Shown: piece after piece, positions 39,245 to 51,943 of the stretch | Numbering within the stretch: position 1 is the first letter of the stretch | Layout: each line of letters begins with the position of its first letter | Source of the DNA: Lama glama | Taxonomy: Eukaryota | Length of the DNA: 64,000 nucleotides | NCBI GenBank assembly: GCA_028534125.1 | Contig: CM052816.1 | Span: forward strand, 68,574,001 to 68,638,000 | Direction of reading: 5' to 3' | Position numbers and translations under genes: made by a program | Notes under the pieces: generated by a model | Database searches by the model: none | What the model saw: the letters and a program-made list of their open reading frames with translations, nothing else | Told to the model about the DNA's origin: nothing

Positions 39245-40554
39245 GGAGCATACTTTTTGGTTTCAAGACCCCTTTATACTTTTAAAGTTTATTGAGGACC
39301 CCCAGGAACTTTAGTTCATGTGAGTTATATCCATCAATATTCAACATATGAAGAATGAATACTGAGAATTCTAGAAATATTTATTAATTTCTTTAAAAAG
39401 CAGTAAAACCATTACTTGTTAACATAAATAACACATTTATGAAAAATAACTGTTTCCAAAAAACTTTTTTACATTTACATTTCAAAACTCTTCAATGTCT
39501 AATTTTCTAGTAAATAATTGGATTCTGCTGTCTTCTGCATTCATTCTGTTGTAATGTGTTGTTTTCATTTAAATATATGAAAAAAATCTACCCTTCCATA
39601 GACACATAGTTGGAACAAGAAGGAGTGCTATTAATAGCCTTTTCAGATAATTGTGGATATTCTTCTTCGATATTATGCCAAACCTTGACAAGTGGCACTT
39701 TGTTCAAAGTTAGTTGAATCCAAAACTAAGTTACATTAAAACCCACCGGCCTGCCTTACACTTTGGCTCTTTTACCTCTGCATGATTTTGTAACATCAGG
39801 TTTAGTCATTTGGAAAATACTGGTTCACTGAGTTCTGTATATCTTCCAGTGTTCACACACTTCATTATATAAAGTCAAACCCACATTCATTATATCACAA
39901 CCAATTTCAATATAAAAGTCATTAAATATTAGAAAACTGTCCAGCTCTCATGGTAGGAAATACAAGCTCTCCAAAATTCTGATTTTACTTGAAAGCTCAA
40001 ATTTTGTCGTTGGCAACACATACTACCAGTTGTTTTCCTTGAAGTGATAAGATCATATCATGCATTAGCAAGGAAATGTCTGTCAAATACCCAAGTCTGA
40101 AGAACCATAGTTTGTTTGCCTTTCAAGTAAAAATAGTCTTTGGAAACAACAGCCTAGCTGCACCCCAGCTCAGTTGCACAAGTACTTTTCCTCCAGACAA
40201 CCACTGTACTTCAGTAAGCAGCATATATACTTCACTGTGTACTTCCTGTTTGATCATACAGAATATTAAAAAGATGCATATTCAAAGTATGAGATTTACT
40301 CCTTAATCAAGGACAATTTTTAATAAAACTCTTTTTTTATTTTTCTAAGAGTGTTTGGCAGTAAAGAATACAGGAGAGAATGCAGATAGGTGCACCTGCC
40401 CCTATCCATGCCAAGAGGGCAGCGGTTTACCCACCATTGCTTTTGCAAAGCAAGTAATGTTTTGTCTGACTGGAAAATAATTCTTAACTCAGGGCTTCCT
40501 GAAAGGGTGTTGGGAACTTCCCCAGGGTTTGTGGTTATACTTTGAGAACCACTG
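39245..40554 (-). mobile_element. Charlie1a-like hAT DNA transposon (about 1.3 kb, non-coding)
   Basis: Minus-strand start CAGTGGTTCTCAAAGTATAACC; internal caagtacttttcctccagacaacc and accagttgttttccttgaagtga; other end caagacccctttatactttt...ttattgaggacccc. Confidence 0.85.
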
Positions 40555-41721
40555 CTTCGGAAAATGCACAAAGTTGTTTCCTTTTACAATACAGAAATAA
40601 CAAAGGCCCAGCCAATGTCTCAGAGCTCTGAAGCAATTTTAAGGTTGGAGTTTCTGGATAAATAGTAAGATCTGGAAGCCTGAATATCTTTGTAATTCAT
40701 CGAGATATATTACTAACCACGTATTTGTGTAAAGAATTTTCCTTATTTTTAATTCTTCCTGTAATCTTTATCTGGGATTAATTAACTTCTGATAACCTGG
40801 GCTGAAAAAGTTGCTTTGATGTAAAGATTTGGCTTTTAAGAATCATTTTTTGGGAAATGGAATTATTTCTTGAGCATCACATTCCATCTCCATTAAGTTT
40901 ATTTGTGTCCAAAATCGATTCCCAAACTTTGAATTGTTAACATCTAGTTCAAGTATTTAGTAGATAGTCTATTCATGGTGAACACCAAATAGCTTTAAAT
41001 AACTGAATTGGAAAAATAAAAACCTGCCCATTTTACCTTTTCTTTAACATAATTTATTATTCTAATTGTAAAAATAAAACAAACACTTCACAAAGAAATA
41101 TTGTAAAACATATAAAATTTGTTAAATATAGAAAAGAAGAAAAATTACTCCAAATCCCAAACTGTAACACAATCACTGCCTTGTCAGTATATTTCCTTTT
41201 GTTATTTTTTCAAATGTTTTCAGATTTCCTTATGTAGTAAAAAATCTGGCTTGCTTTTCCCCAAGTTGCCTAGATGGATTTTACCATCCAGGTAACAGTG
41301 ATTATTTATTTTTAATAATTTTTTCATATATTCCATTAAGTAAATTATTACCCTGCTGTATATAGGATGCTTCTGTCTTTTCACAAGTATCCGTTCATAG
41401 CTTTTTCTTCTAATTATTTTCTTAAGACAGTCCATCCAAAAAGAATTATGGATCAAAGAATGTGAACCCTGATACACACTGCCAGTTTGCTCTTACAAAA
41501 CTTAACCTGTTTATATAATTGCACAAAAGGGCCAGTATCACTGTCCCATGACCAGCGTTGAGTACTATCGTTGCTTTCTATTTGTGCTGTAATTTTATTG
41601 TCAAGTTTAAGACATTCTCATTTTAAAGATGATAATAATGAATTTTATTCTCATATTAATTGTTGTAATCTGCCTGTTTTTGCACTTTTTCTTTCCTCCA
41701 CACTCTCTTCTCAACTTTTAG

Positions 41722-41811
41722 CATTTTCCACGTGCTGATTCTTAATCTAGTCATTGTGGGGGCTGGAGCGATCATGGCCTGTTTCTACCCAAACATAGGA
41801 GGAATCATAAG
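41722..41811 (+). CDS. SLC38A9: SLC38A9 coding exon (S)[29 protein letters not shown]
   Basis: cttttag|C ATT ... ATA AG|gtactg; 90 nt. Confidence 0.97.
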
Positions 41812-42113
41812 GTACTGCCTGTAAGAGAACTTTGCCCCTTCATGTATTGGTCTTGATTTTTATGCTTTTCCTGTTGTTGTTGTTTGTTGTTGTTGTTTTG
41901 ATTTAATTATATGAAATTCCTGTATTTAAAACAGCTAACATTCAAATGTAGTTCCCTGGTATCACTTAAGATGTTTATTATCTTCCATTTCTGCTTATGC
42001 CTGACTCCAGAAGCCCTGTTAACCCTTAGCCTTAGGCACCTTTCCCTTTCTCTTTTTCTTTTTCTCATAATTTTCTACTGTATTCCTGTTTATCCAAAAT
42101 AAAGTTGTTTGAG

Positions 42114-42209
42114 TTTTTTTCTTTTTTCTTTTAGTAGAGGTCCTAGGGATTGAACCCAGGACCTTGTCCATGCTAAGCATGCACTCTATCACTGAACTAT
42201 ACCCACCCC
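42114..42209 (-). mobile_element. Vic-1-like tRNA-derived SINE (short form)
   Basis: Reverse complement GGGGTGGGTATAGTTCAGTGATAGAGTGCATGCTTAGCATGGACAAGGTCCTGGGTTCAATCCC...A-tail; flanking near-TSD aaataaagtt(g/a)ttt. Confidence 0.9.
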
Positions 42210-43088
42210 AGAAATAAAGTTATTTTTAATATATAACCTCTTGGGGTACCTGGGAGTTCTCTAATATGTCAAGACTACATCCTAACTTTTTTAATCCATT
42301 TCTACTCAAGAACATATTTCATTGTCAATTGTAGTGAGAAAGTAAGAGTTTAGATCCCAGATGGCTCTTTCCTTAATATCCTTTCTCTAAATACACTGTG
42401 ATAGGTTGAGAAGATTGAGGATAAAATTGTGACCTCAGATTCTCATGGAAGACTGAAATTTAGAATGATCTGCTTTCTCTTCCTTAACCTGTAGAAAGCA
42501 GGGCTGAGTTACTTTTCTGAAGACCCTTACCTAAGAAAGGAGCAAGAAATAAAAGGGGAGACTCTCAGCCTGATGCTTATTGAATATAGTGGATTTACAA
42601 GTTCCTATTAAGCTGTTTGTGCAGGTTCCTCAGTCAGTTATGTGTTTAGGTATTTTTATTATCCTTGATAATTATGCTGAATGCCAAGGAGGCACTCATC
42701 TGTTCTCAGTCTTAAGCAGATGCTAGCAGTCCTTCAGAAACTCAAAATGTATAATTAAGTTTATAAAAGATCAAAGGTAGGAAGCCTGTCTCCAGATGTT
42801 TCTGAGGAAGTAGCCATGATAACTGAGATACAGAGAACTATGGAGATTTGAGAGATGAATAAAAACTCTTTGTCAAGCAGATGCTATAAAGATGAACAGG
42901 AAATAATATTTTATATTAACTTAGCAAGTAAAATAAGTTTTAAATTCAAATGCTTTATGTCAACAACTGAATCAAAATAATTGTGTTGCAATATCAGACT
43001 GAGAAAGGTTTAAATTGTACTGTATTTACCACAATTGTAAATCAGAAGAATGAAAGATGAATATTAACTCAAAACTTTTATTTTGCAG

Positions 43089-43254
43089 ATATTCAGGAGC
43101 AGCTTGTGGCCTGGCCTTTGTATTTATATATCCATCTCTCATCTATATAATTTCCCTCTACCAAGAAAAGCGTCTAACATGGCCTAAGTTAATCTTTCAC
43201 GTTTTTATCATCATTTTAGGCCTGGCTAACCTGATTATTCAGTTTTTTATGTGA
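43089..43254 (+). CDS. SLC38A9: SLC38A9 last coding exon (R)[17 protein letters not shown]...[10 protein letters not shown]
   Basis: tttgcag|A TAT TCA ... ATG TGA; shares stop with ORF 43057..43254. Confidence 0.97.
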
Positions 43255-43895
43255 AATACTCAACTGTCGTCTCAAGAGCTTTCATGGTATTTTGAACTTT
43301 GACAACAGTTCCACATAAATTCATTGTAAATGCTGTTGTTGCTGTAATTCTAAATGTTTCCTAAGGTAGTTTAAAAACAAGGGAAATAGTGGCCCATTAA
43401 TAGGTAATTATTATTAGAGTGGGGAAAGGGTAGTAAGAGTGATCTTAATCTCTTTACTTTTTTCATATTCACCGATCTCTTCATTTTACTGTCTTTTTCT
43501 GAGTAGAAATACATGCCCCTAGGGAAAAATCATGCTGGGTTTTGCTTTTAGAGTTGTAAGGTAGGTGGGTCTATTTTGGCTACAATAAGGATTCTCAGGG
43601 TGTCACAGCAACTGTATTGCCAGATCCCAGTTTTGTTTTATGTTTCAATGATTCACTTTCATTTTATTACTTATTAGAGCATTTCTGCTGCTTGCCCAAA
43701 CCTTTACTGTTTGGAACAGTAAACCAAATACCTCATTTTAAAACAGAAGTATCCATGACATCAGTGTTAGTGAAGTGAATTCTTACGTGAGTCCTTAATC
43801 TCTATTTTTAAAAGAGAAAAGAAAAAAAAAAGTCAGTATAGGCCCCATGGTCATGAAATTTATACAAAATAAAGGAACTAGGAGAGTCTGTTGCT
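43255..43895 (+). other. SLC38A9: SLC38A9 3' UTR (end approximate)
   Basis: Repeat-free U-rich sequence after the stop, up to the first canonical AATAAA I could find. Confidence 0.65.
43868..43873 (+). terminator. Candidate polyadenylation signal AATAAA
   Basis: AATAAA about 610 nt after the stop, followed by GU/U-rich sequence (tctgttgct...cttttgtttct). Confidence 0.6.
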
Positions 43896-46025
43896 ATCTG
43901 GCTCCTCTTTTGTTTCTAATCCAGTACCAGTTCCCCCAGCCAGATTTTGCATAGGAACAATTATGATTGTCCCCCTAGACCCACGGGGCTCTTTTGCTTC
44001 TTGGATCCCTGAGGATTGCATAGGATATGATAACAGGCCAATGGAGAAGAGTGTAGGAAACATGGCAGAGAGGGATGTTTGAGGCCCTACAGGTAATGGA
44101 GAGGGGCCAGAAAGAGTGAAGCCTCCTTTACAGTGTCTTCTTTGGGGGGTGACAGTGATTTCTTTAACACAAGAAAGGATTAACTCTGTCTGAAGTATGA
44201 TGTCCAGAAGGACACCCCTCTTAGCTTACTGCTGTAACTGACAGGGTAGAGGATTAAACCTCCATTAAAAAAACTACTTGAGTCTGAGAAGAGGATTAGG
44301 GAATCAGAATTTTGGAATTAAGACTCTCCTCTTCTTCTTTCAAACCAAAAGCCACACCAAAATCCAAATCCATGTCTTCCATGTAATACAGCTTCCATGC
44401 TCAGCTGGAAAAGTTAGATTTCTTTAATTTTATGCTAATGTTAAACAGTGTCTTGTGTTAATACACATCCCAAGATAGTGTGTATATTTGCGTTATTTCC
44501 TTCCTTTGAGAAAGATAGGTGAAATGGTTTTCAAACCTAGTAAAGTGCCCCAGATTCAGGACCAGCCGATATTTCTTTTAGCAGACCTTTCTGTCGAGTC
44601 CATAAACCCATACCTATTTTTGATGAACTCTATTACCTAAAGCTCTTTTTTTTTTAAATCTCACTAGGAAAATTCTCAAGCATACACAAAAATAGAGAAA
44701 ATAATATAATAAACCCCACATATTCATCCCTAGATTTAGTAATTATGAGACTTTGCCACATTGCTCACTTATCCCCCTTTTTTTCTTTTCCACTGAAATA
44801 TTTTGAAGTCAGTCTTGGACATTATGTCATTTCATCTCTACAGATCTTAATATGTACTAATAGCCTCTTGAACTTAGTTATGTTTATTGAGAGAGACAGT
44901 CTCTCGGAAGTTTTTTGTTGTTGTTAGCAGAAGTGGCTGGTAGAAGTTAGGTTAATTATAAAATTCTGCATTTGGTGTCCGGATTCCTGGGTTAACCTCT
45001 CAGAACAGGAGTATAAGCATGGAGAAGCACAACCTCTGTGCTTGGGAGCCTCTGAATCTTTATGACTTGAGAGTTTTGTTCAGTTAGAGATACAGAAATT
45101 GAAAGCTAGACCTTGAGAGATGGTCTAGGCTTAATCCCTGTTTATCCCTAGTTGCTTTAAAAGCTTCAGAGACAGAATTTTCATTGCCTTTTTTCAATGA
45201 TATACTTGAATATTTTAACACATGGAAAAATGATTTCGTATATTTTTGCCCGTTTAATGATCAAAGTGAGTATGACAATGAATGTATTATTTATTAAACT
45301 AAAAAGCAACATGGATAATTGCTTTTTGTTTTCTTTAAAAGACTTGATAATTTAGAACTTCTAGAATCCTCTGTTAGACTTATGATGACTTTGCCTTCTT
45401 AGGTTTCTTCTCACAGAACTGACTCCTTTGGCCTGTTATTTAGCTTGGTTGGAAAACTCTGAATGTGTGTGTCCTGGCTCACACATTAGAATGATGAGAT
45501 AAGAATTCATTCCAATCACATTACAGTTAACTTTATACTTTCTCTACTGTCATCTCTTTGAATTTTCTAATTCAATTTCTTTTACTTTTTGCTCTGACAT
45601 GGTTAATCTTAGTTTCTTTGAATTTAGTTTATTTAATGCACAACTGAGGATGTGACAAAATTTAAAATGGTTTGTTTAAAGAGCTCTTCCTTGGAAAGGC
45701 TCTGGATGAATATGTGGTATGCTAAACACTAAGCCAGAAAGGCAAAGAAATATGCTTTGACATTCAACACCTGTGAATGATCATCCAAAATCAGTTTCAT
45801 CATCACACCCAGAAAATGTGTTTGAGTAAACAATAAATTTATCCACAAAAAGGGACTGTATTAAAGGGAAATTTTCACTTTATTTACATTGAATATATTT
45901 TGCAAATACAATACAGCTACTAAATGTAGAGGTCGAAGAGTTTTTGTTTCTACTTGGAGTTCATTAGGATAATTTTTTATCTGTATTTTGACTTTTTCAT
46001 TTCCATAAATAGTTGAATAAACTAC

Positions 46026-46516
46026 TGTCAGGGAGGAGGAAGTTTCCTCCCAATCCCTCTTGAGTTCTTTTGGCTGGTCTAATAATTAAATTGACCCAAG
46101 ACAGATTAACAGGAGGAAAAACAAATTTCATTCACACACATGGAATTCTCATAGAAATGAGACCCCCGAAGTGGCCAAAGCAGGCTGTTTATATATCACT
46201 TTTAGACAAAGAAACATTTGTGAAGATTTAACTTGTGCTTGGGTAGCAAACTAATGAAGAAGTTTAAAAGTTTGTTTATATGACTTTTTAAGCCTCGGAT
46301 TCTCTAACTCTGGTGATAAGGATGCTTTCTATCTTCCTGGTATTGGGAGGATACCTTCACCTGGGAGATTTATTTCTTGCTTTTAGGGGAAAGAGGGGAA
46401 TCAGGGTGTTTTTTATACAGTTTTTTCCCACCAGCTATTTCTCCAGTAACTTTAATTCAGAATAATCAATATGCCACTATGGCATATCTTGGGGTGGCCT
46501 GCCCTGAGCCCCAACG
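46026..46516 (-). mobile_element. ERV1-class solo LTR (MER34/LTR39-like group)
   Basis: Begins TGT, ends ccccaacg (decayed CA); near 4-bp TSD CTAC/CTGC; aataatcaatatgcca...ggcatatcttggggtggc terminus typical of this group. Confidence 0.75.
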
Positions 46517-48807
46517 CTGCAATGTTCAGTGCTTTGGAGGAGGCAAATATATATGATAACATTCATATCCTAAAGAAATTTTTAGTCTGGTAAAGGAACT
46601 ATGCCTATAGTTATTATAATCCAGGAGCCTACTAGACAAGGAGAAACAGATCCCTGCCAGTTGGGATCCTCAGGGAAGGCAGGGGAAGGAAGCTGAGTGG
46701 TAAAAATGCAAGGACTCTTTTTCAGTCTTCTAATAACTGTCCAAAATTTTAGATATTTGATACATTCATCATCAAGTGGGATCTGGTAAAGTGTAGCTGC
46801 TTTTATTTTGGCTAATTGCCCTCTAAGATAAGTTTTATGAGACATACTTAACTGCTTCTGTGTACTGTTTATTCTCTTTGCATTTTTAACATTACATTGT
46901 TCACTTCTGTGACTCTTGAACAACAAAGTACAATTGACCAAGAGGGGAAATAATGAGAAGCACGTTGGGCAGTACGAACAGGAAGGTTCTGTAACATTTT
47001 CTCTCCAAAACCTTGACTCATTTAAATGTCAGTATTCAAAATGTCAAATATTTGAGCTCATTGATCAGAGTCAGAAGATACTGATGCTGCTTGTCTTATC
47101 TACAAAGCACTGACCTACTGCTTTTTAGAATTGGTGGTGGTGGTGGTTTGTTTTCTCATCCCAGTTTGAAGGTCCAAAACAAAATCCAAATCCAGCTGAC
47201 ACCTAAACAATAGAATTCTACATGAGCTTGTTGTCCAAAACGAAATGCGCACAAGACGGCCTGGCTGGCCCCAGTTTCACAGTCGACTGCCGGCTTCGCT
47301 TCAGATTATGTAAACACGTATTGCAAAACAGCCCTGATGGGAACCTCATAACCTAAACAGTATTCTCTGAAATGTAATTTGTTGACTTTTTATATAGAAG
47401 AAGAAATTAAATCAAAATTATTTTTAGGGAAAACAACTCTGGGATTTTGTTTAATTGAATTCTGCCAGGAAGTGCTGTTGCCTAGTAGCAATGACCCCGC
47501 AGCAGAAAGAAGCTGGAGTCTGTCTTTTACAGGGTCAGACTGCTCAAGGGACTTCGCCTGTATCACATCAAGTCACTCAAGTGACGGATGCATATCTCAG
47601 GGCAAGCCACAAGGAGCCCTCCCTCGTGCTCTGATTCTGGAAAAGGTATATGCTACTTTATGTTTACCGAAACCTAAAATGATTGTCCCCTTTTGGACAA
47701 TAAACTGTTGTGACTTCTACTCCTACAAGCATTTAGGAATGAATGTGGCACTTCAGATAAGTGTAGCCCAGTTTCTGGCAAAGAGCTTAGTATCATAATC
47801 TTCCAGAGCCATTTAAGGCAATACAGAGCTCTAATTTTCTGCCTTAAGTAAATTTCCTTTTTTTTCCCCAAAGTCATTTTTCTATATTTTTCAACTCTTC
47901 TGCAAAGATAAAATAAGGCTGTGTCTTTTTAAAAGATTAAAATTTTCTCCATTCTCCTTACTCATCTTGGGCCATGAAGTACAGGACTGGAATGGGGATT
48001 AGAAAGAGCACACACTATAGATTTTTCCTCCTTTGGCTTTCTCTTAACCCCAAGTAATCCAGTTGTGTTTGGCCATAACAGGCACTTAATATACACTTGT
48101 TTAATCAATCAGTTAATTAATGGGGCAGGAGTCTCCTTTAATGGAAAACAATAATTGCTATTTAATTGCTATTTTTTAAGAGTTTTTTGTTTCTACTTGG
48201 AGTCCCATACAAAAAAAAAAAAATCAAAATTGGGTTAGTCAAGTTCAGAACTAGTCCCTCAGTCAATATTTAAGTACTAGCTGGATGCTGGACCCTGTGC
48301 TAAGCACAGAGCACCCAGTGGGGAACAAGCTGGATGTGGCCCTAACAGTGTCCTTTGCCCACCTTCCTGAGCTCTGGGAGCTGGTCGTTTTCTCCCTTTC
48401 CTGCTGCCCTGTCTCTTGTGAATGCTCTGATGTAGCCAAATCATGCACGTGTTTTGAAGAGACGAATATAGAATATAGAATATAGAATAAATGAAACTTT
48501 GTAAAGTGAAGCATGTTTTTCAAGATAAAACTTTAATTATAATCACATGAAGTTATGTAGACGTGTGGACAAAAACTGGAAGGCATCACCGAAGAATGAA
48601 CGTGGGTGACCTGTTGAAGTGATGAGATTCTAGGTGAGTCATATATGTTATTAAATTTATTACTTACATGACAAAAAGAATTCTAAAAGAATATCTGTTA
48701 TAAATCGTGAAAAAGAAGGCGTGTAGAAATATATCTACACTCAACCCATGAAGTAAAGGACCAACTTACGAAGAACCTATGGAATGGGGGAGAGAGATCA
48801 TTGGTTA

Positions 48808-48955
48808 CATGGGCAGATCCAGGTTTTGTGGGGCCTAAAGCATATATAATTTGGAGTTCCCTCCTGAGGAAAAACCTACAGAATTAGGAAGGAGCCCATA
48901 TAAGTGAGGAGCCCTTGCTTTAGCTGTTTTTTAGCTTTAAGGTAAATTATCCACA
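48808..48955. mobile_element. MER53-like hAT MITE
   Basis: gggcagatccaggttttgtggggcctaaagcatatataatttgg...gaaggagcccatataagtgaggagccct. Confidence 0.7.
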
Positions 48956-49699
48956 AACCACACTGGGGACAGGATATAAAAGACTGAAGGAGATATGAAA
49001 AAAGTTTCAGCACTCTGATATGTCAGGCTTTGAATGTGTCTGCTACCAGATTTGAGCTCTTCTAGAAGAGTCTAATTGTATTTAGCAAAAAATAGCATGA
49101 GTTTGTATTCAGTAATGGTTAATTTGGAACCACAGTAGGACATTTTTCTTTTTTAGACTAGAGAGTTTTTATTTGGGAAGGCGTTTTGCAAGGTGGTTTT
49201 TTGGGGACTTTTTTTAACTTCACAGAAATAATAAAAGAAGTTGAAGATACTGTTTAATTGTCAAATAGCTATTTGATGAATATTATTAAGAACATTTAAA
49301 GAGCTGTTGATGCAGACAACAAGCTACCAAGTGCAACATTAGAGTAAGGCAACACTTAATTATTTAGACTTCACCTTGTTCCAGAAAAGACCTATTTCTA
49401 CTACAATAAAGTAAAATCAGCTTTGAAGGATTAATTTGAAGATCTTTCAGAGAGTCAATTAGAAATTTGCGACACTTCTTAAGGAGAGGAAACTAAAATT
49501 GACCCAAATAATTACTCCTTGGTAATATATATATATTTTTGTAGTTCATATTATAGTTCTTTATTGTAGGTGGATAAAGCCTAATTCAATGCAGTAAATG
49601 TACTGATTGTCCTAGATGTGGAAATGCAAGTGTAGAGTCATCCACAGTGCTGTCAGAATTGTCTTTATGTAATATGACACTGATTATGTCCCTCTGTAA

Positions 49700-50790
49700 A
49701 ATCCTTCAATGCCCCAGTAGAAAAATGGGCAAGGGACTTTGTAACAGTCAGCTCTCAGAGAAACAACTACAAATAAACATGAAGAGAAAAAAAGTTCAAG
49801 GTCAAAATACTGATTTGTGTTAATGGATAAACCTCAAAAACATTATGAAAGTGAAAGAAGCTAAAATGCAAAAGACAACATATTGTATGGTTCCATTTAT
49901 ATGAAATATCTAGAAAAGGCAAATTTATAGGAATAGAAAGCAAAATAGTTGCCTAAGATTGGAGGAGGGAGCAAGGGTTAGCTATAAATGGATATGGGGG
50001 AAGATTTTCTAGGGTGATATAGAAGTGTTCTATAAGTGAACTATGTATGGTAACAGTTGCACAACTATATAATTACTAAAATCACTGAATTGTACACTTA
50101 CATTGATTGAATTATATGATGTGTAAATTATCCCTTGAAGCAGTTACAGGGGAAAAAAAAGTTCAACCTCAGTAGTAGAAAAGTAATTTAAAATGCTTTC
50201 TACTTGTCAGATACTAAAATAATAATAATTATTATTATACCCTGACAAAGGTGTGGGAATGAACACTCAAATGCACAAGTGGTAGGTGTAAAAGTGGGTG
50301 CAGACCTTCTGAAGGTAATTTGGAATATGCATCAGAGCCTCAAAATGCTTGCATACTTTGACTCCCTTCCACAGGTAGATCCTAATGAAATAATTGGACA
50401 AGTGTGGATATATATATACACATAGAGAAACATTCATCTCTTTACTATTTGTAATGGAAAAATTAGAAACAACCTAAATATCCAACAGTAGGAGATAAGT
50501 TAGGGAATATCTATCTAATTGAATACTATGTAGCTATTTAAAATGATGGTGCAGATGCATATATGTAATAAATGTCAAAAAGATGTTTGTAAGTGAAGAG
50601 AGATTACAATTAAATATGAATAGAATCTAAAACATTTGTGTATATGTATATTATACACATATATAGCTGGAAGTTTATATAACAAATATGAACATTAGGT
50701 ATTTCTGGATACTAGGACTATTGAGTGTTTTTTATTTTGTTTATCTGTATTTTCTGAAGTTTTAAAGTGTATCATGTTTTATGAAAAAAA
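49700..50790 (+). mobile_element. Old L1 3' fragments (nested L1MB/ME-type)
   Basis: atggataaacctcaaaaacattatg...ccatttatatgaaatatctagaaaaggcaaa; ttagaaacaacctaaatatccaacagtaggaga. Confidence 0.7.
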
Positions 50791-51443
50791 AGCATTGAAA
50801 GTTTTTTTTTCTTAAACAAATACCTTTCACTGACTTCTCATAACTAACTCTAAGGACCCCTTTCGATATTAATAAAATCTTCTGGACCCTCATATAATAG
50901 CAATTATATATTTAGTGTTTATTGATTGATAAAAATAATGATGAAAAGCTACTGTTAATTCTATACCACTTATACATAGCTTTGAATATATAATTAAAGT
51001 GTCTACAAACATTTAAACAAGCATGCAGTTTCCCCCTCCCTTCCTTGTCAGTTTTCCAGGAATTTCTTAAGGCTCGTGGATGTCTAAGGTTGATGCTGGG
51101 TATGCCATGTTAGGGAGACCACATGTCATATGATAGCAGGTCCAGCAGACAGCAATTCTAAAACACTGAGGGATGAGACCCAAATGGGCAACCCCAGGGA
51201 CAAGCCAGCCCTGGGACTGGGAGTGAGGTGCCTGAACAGATCCTCTGGTCAGGCCATTGCTCAAGGCACAGCAGAAGACAGTGCCCTCACAAAGCAATTC
51301 TACTCCTTGTCTGTTGGGCCCAGCACCTCCCAGACCTCACACTGAGCCCAAAAGGCAGCATCAGGTCAAGTTTAGGTGGCAACTCTCTCAGGAAACACTC
51401 AGAGCATCTCTTTGATTACAGTTGAGAATGTTCTCTTTTTTTT

Positions 51444-51943
51444 NNNNNNNNNNNNNNNNNNNNNNNNNNNNNNNNNNNNNNNNNNNNNNNNNNNNNNNNN
51501 NNNNNNNNNNNNNNNNNNNNNNNNNNNNNNNNNNNNNNNNNNNNNNNNNNNNNNNNNNNNNNNNNNNNNNNNNNNNNNNNNNNNNNNNNNNNNNNNNNNN
51601 NNNNNNNNNNNNNNNNNNNNNNNNNNNNNNNNNNNNNNNNNNNNNNNNNNNNNNNNNNNNNNNNNNNNNNNNNNNNNNNNNNNNNNNNNNNNNNNNNNNN
51701 NNNNNNNNNNNNNNNNNNNNNNNNNNNNNNNNNNNNNNNNNNNNNNNNNNNNNNNNNNNNNNNNNNNNNNNNNNNNNNNNNNNNNNNNNNNNNNNNNNNN
51801 NNNNNNNNNNNNNNNNNNNNNNNNNNNNNNNNNNNNNNNNNNNNNNNNNNNNNNNNNNNNNNNNNNNNNNNNNNNNNNNNNNNNNNNNNNNNNNNNNNNN
51901 NNNNNNNNNNNNNNNNNNNNNNNNNNNNNNNNNNNNNNNNNNN
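51444..51943. other. Assembly gap (500 N)
   Basis: Run of exactly 500 N, preceded by a T-tract. Confidence 0.99.

Larger units (their letters stand above)
2019..43254 (+). other. SLC38A9: SLC38A9 gene span, 13 coding exons in window; first coding exon (about 37 codons plus 2 nt) lies upstream
   Basis: Spliced translation runs from [13 protein letters not shown] to [10 protein letters not shown] and matches human SLC38A9 as I recall it. All introns are GT-AG with consistent phases. Exon sum 1573 + 113 = 1686 nt = 561 aa + stop. Confidence 0.98.

Noticed and set aside
43878..44082. Overlapping short ORFs just past the poly(A) signal
   Set aside because: No recognisable homology or splice support; consistent with chance ORFs.
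47379..47798. 139-aa plus-strand ORF
   Set aside because: Non-ATG start, no recognisable domain and no exon structure.
48808..48955. Possible miR-1302-type hairpin, since MER53 is the known source of that family
   Set aside because: The copy is decayed and internally shortened; I cannot support a pre-miRNA hairpin or mature sequence.
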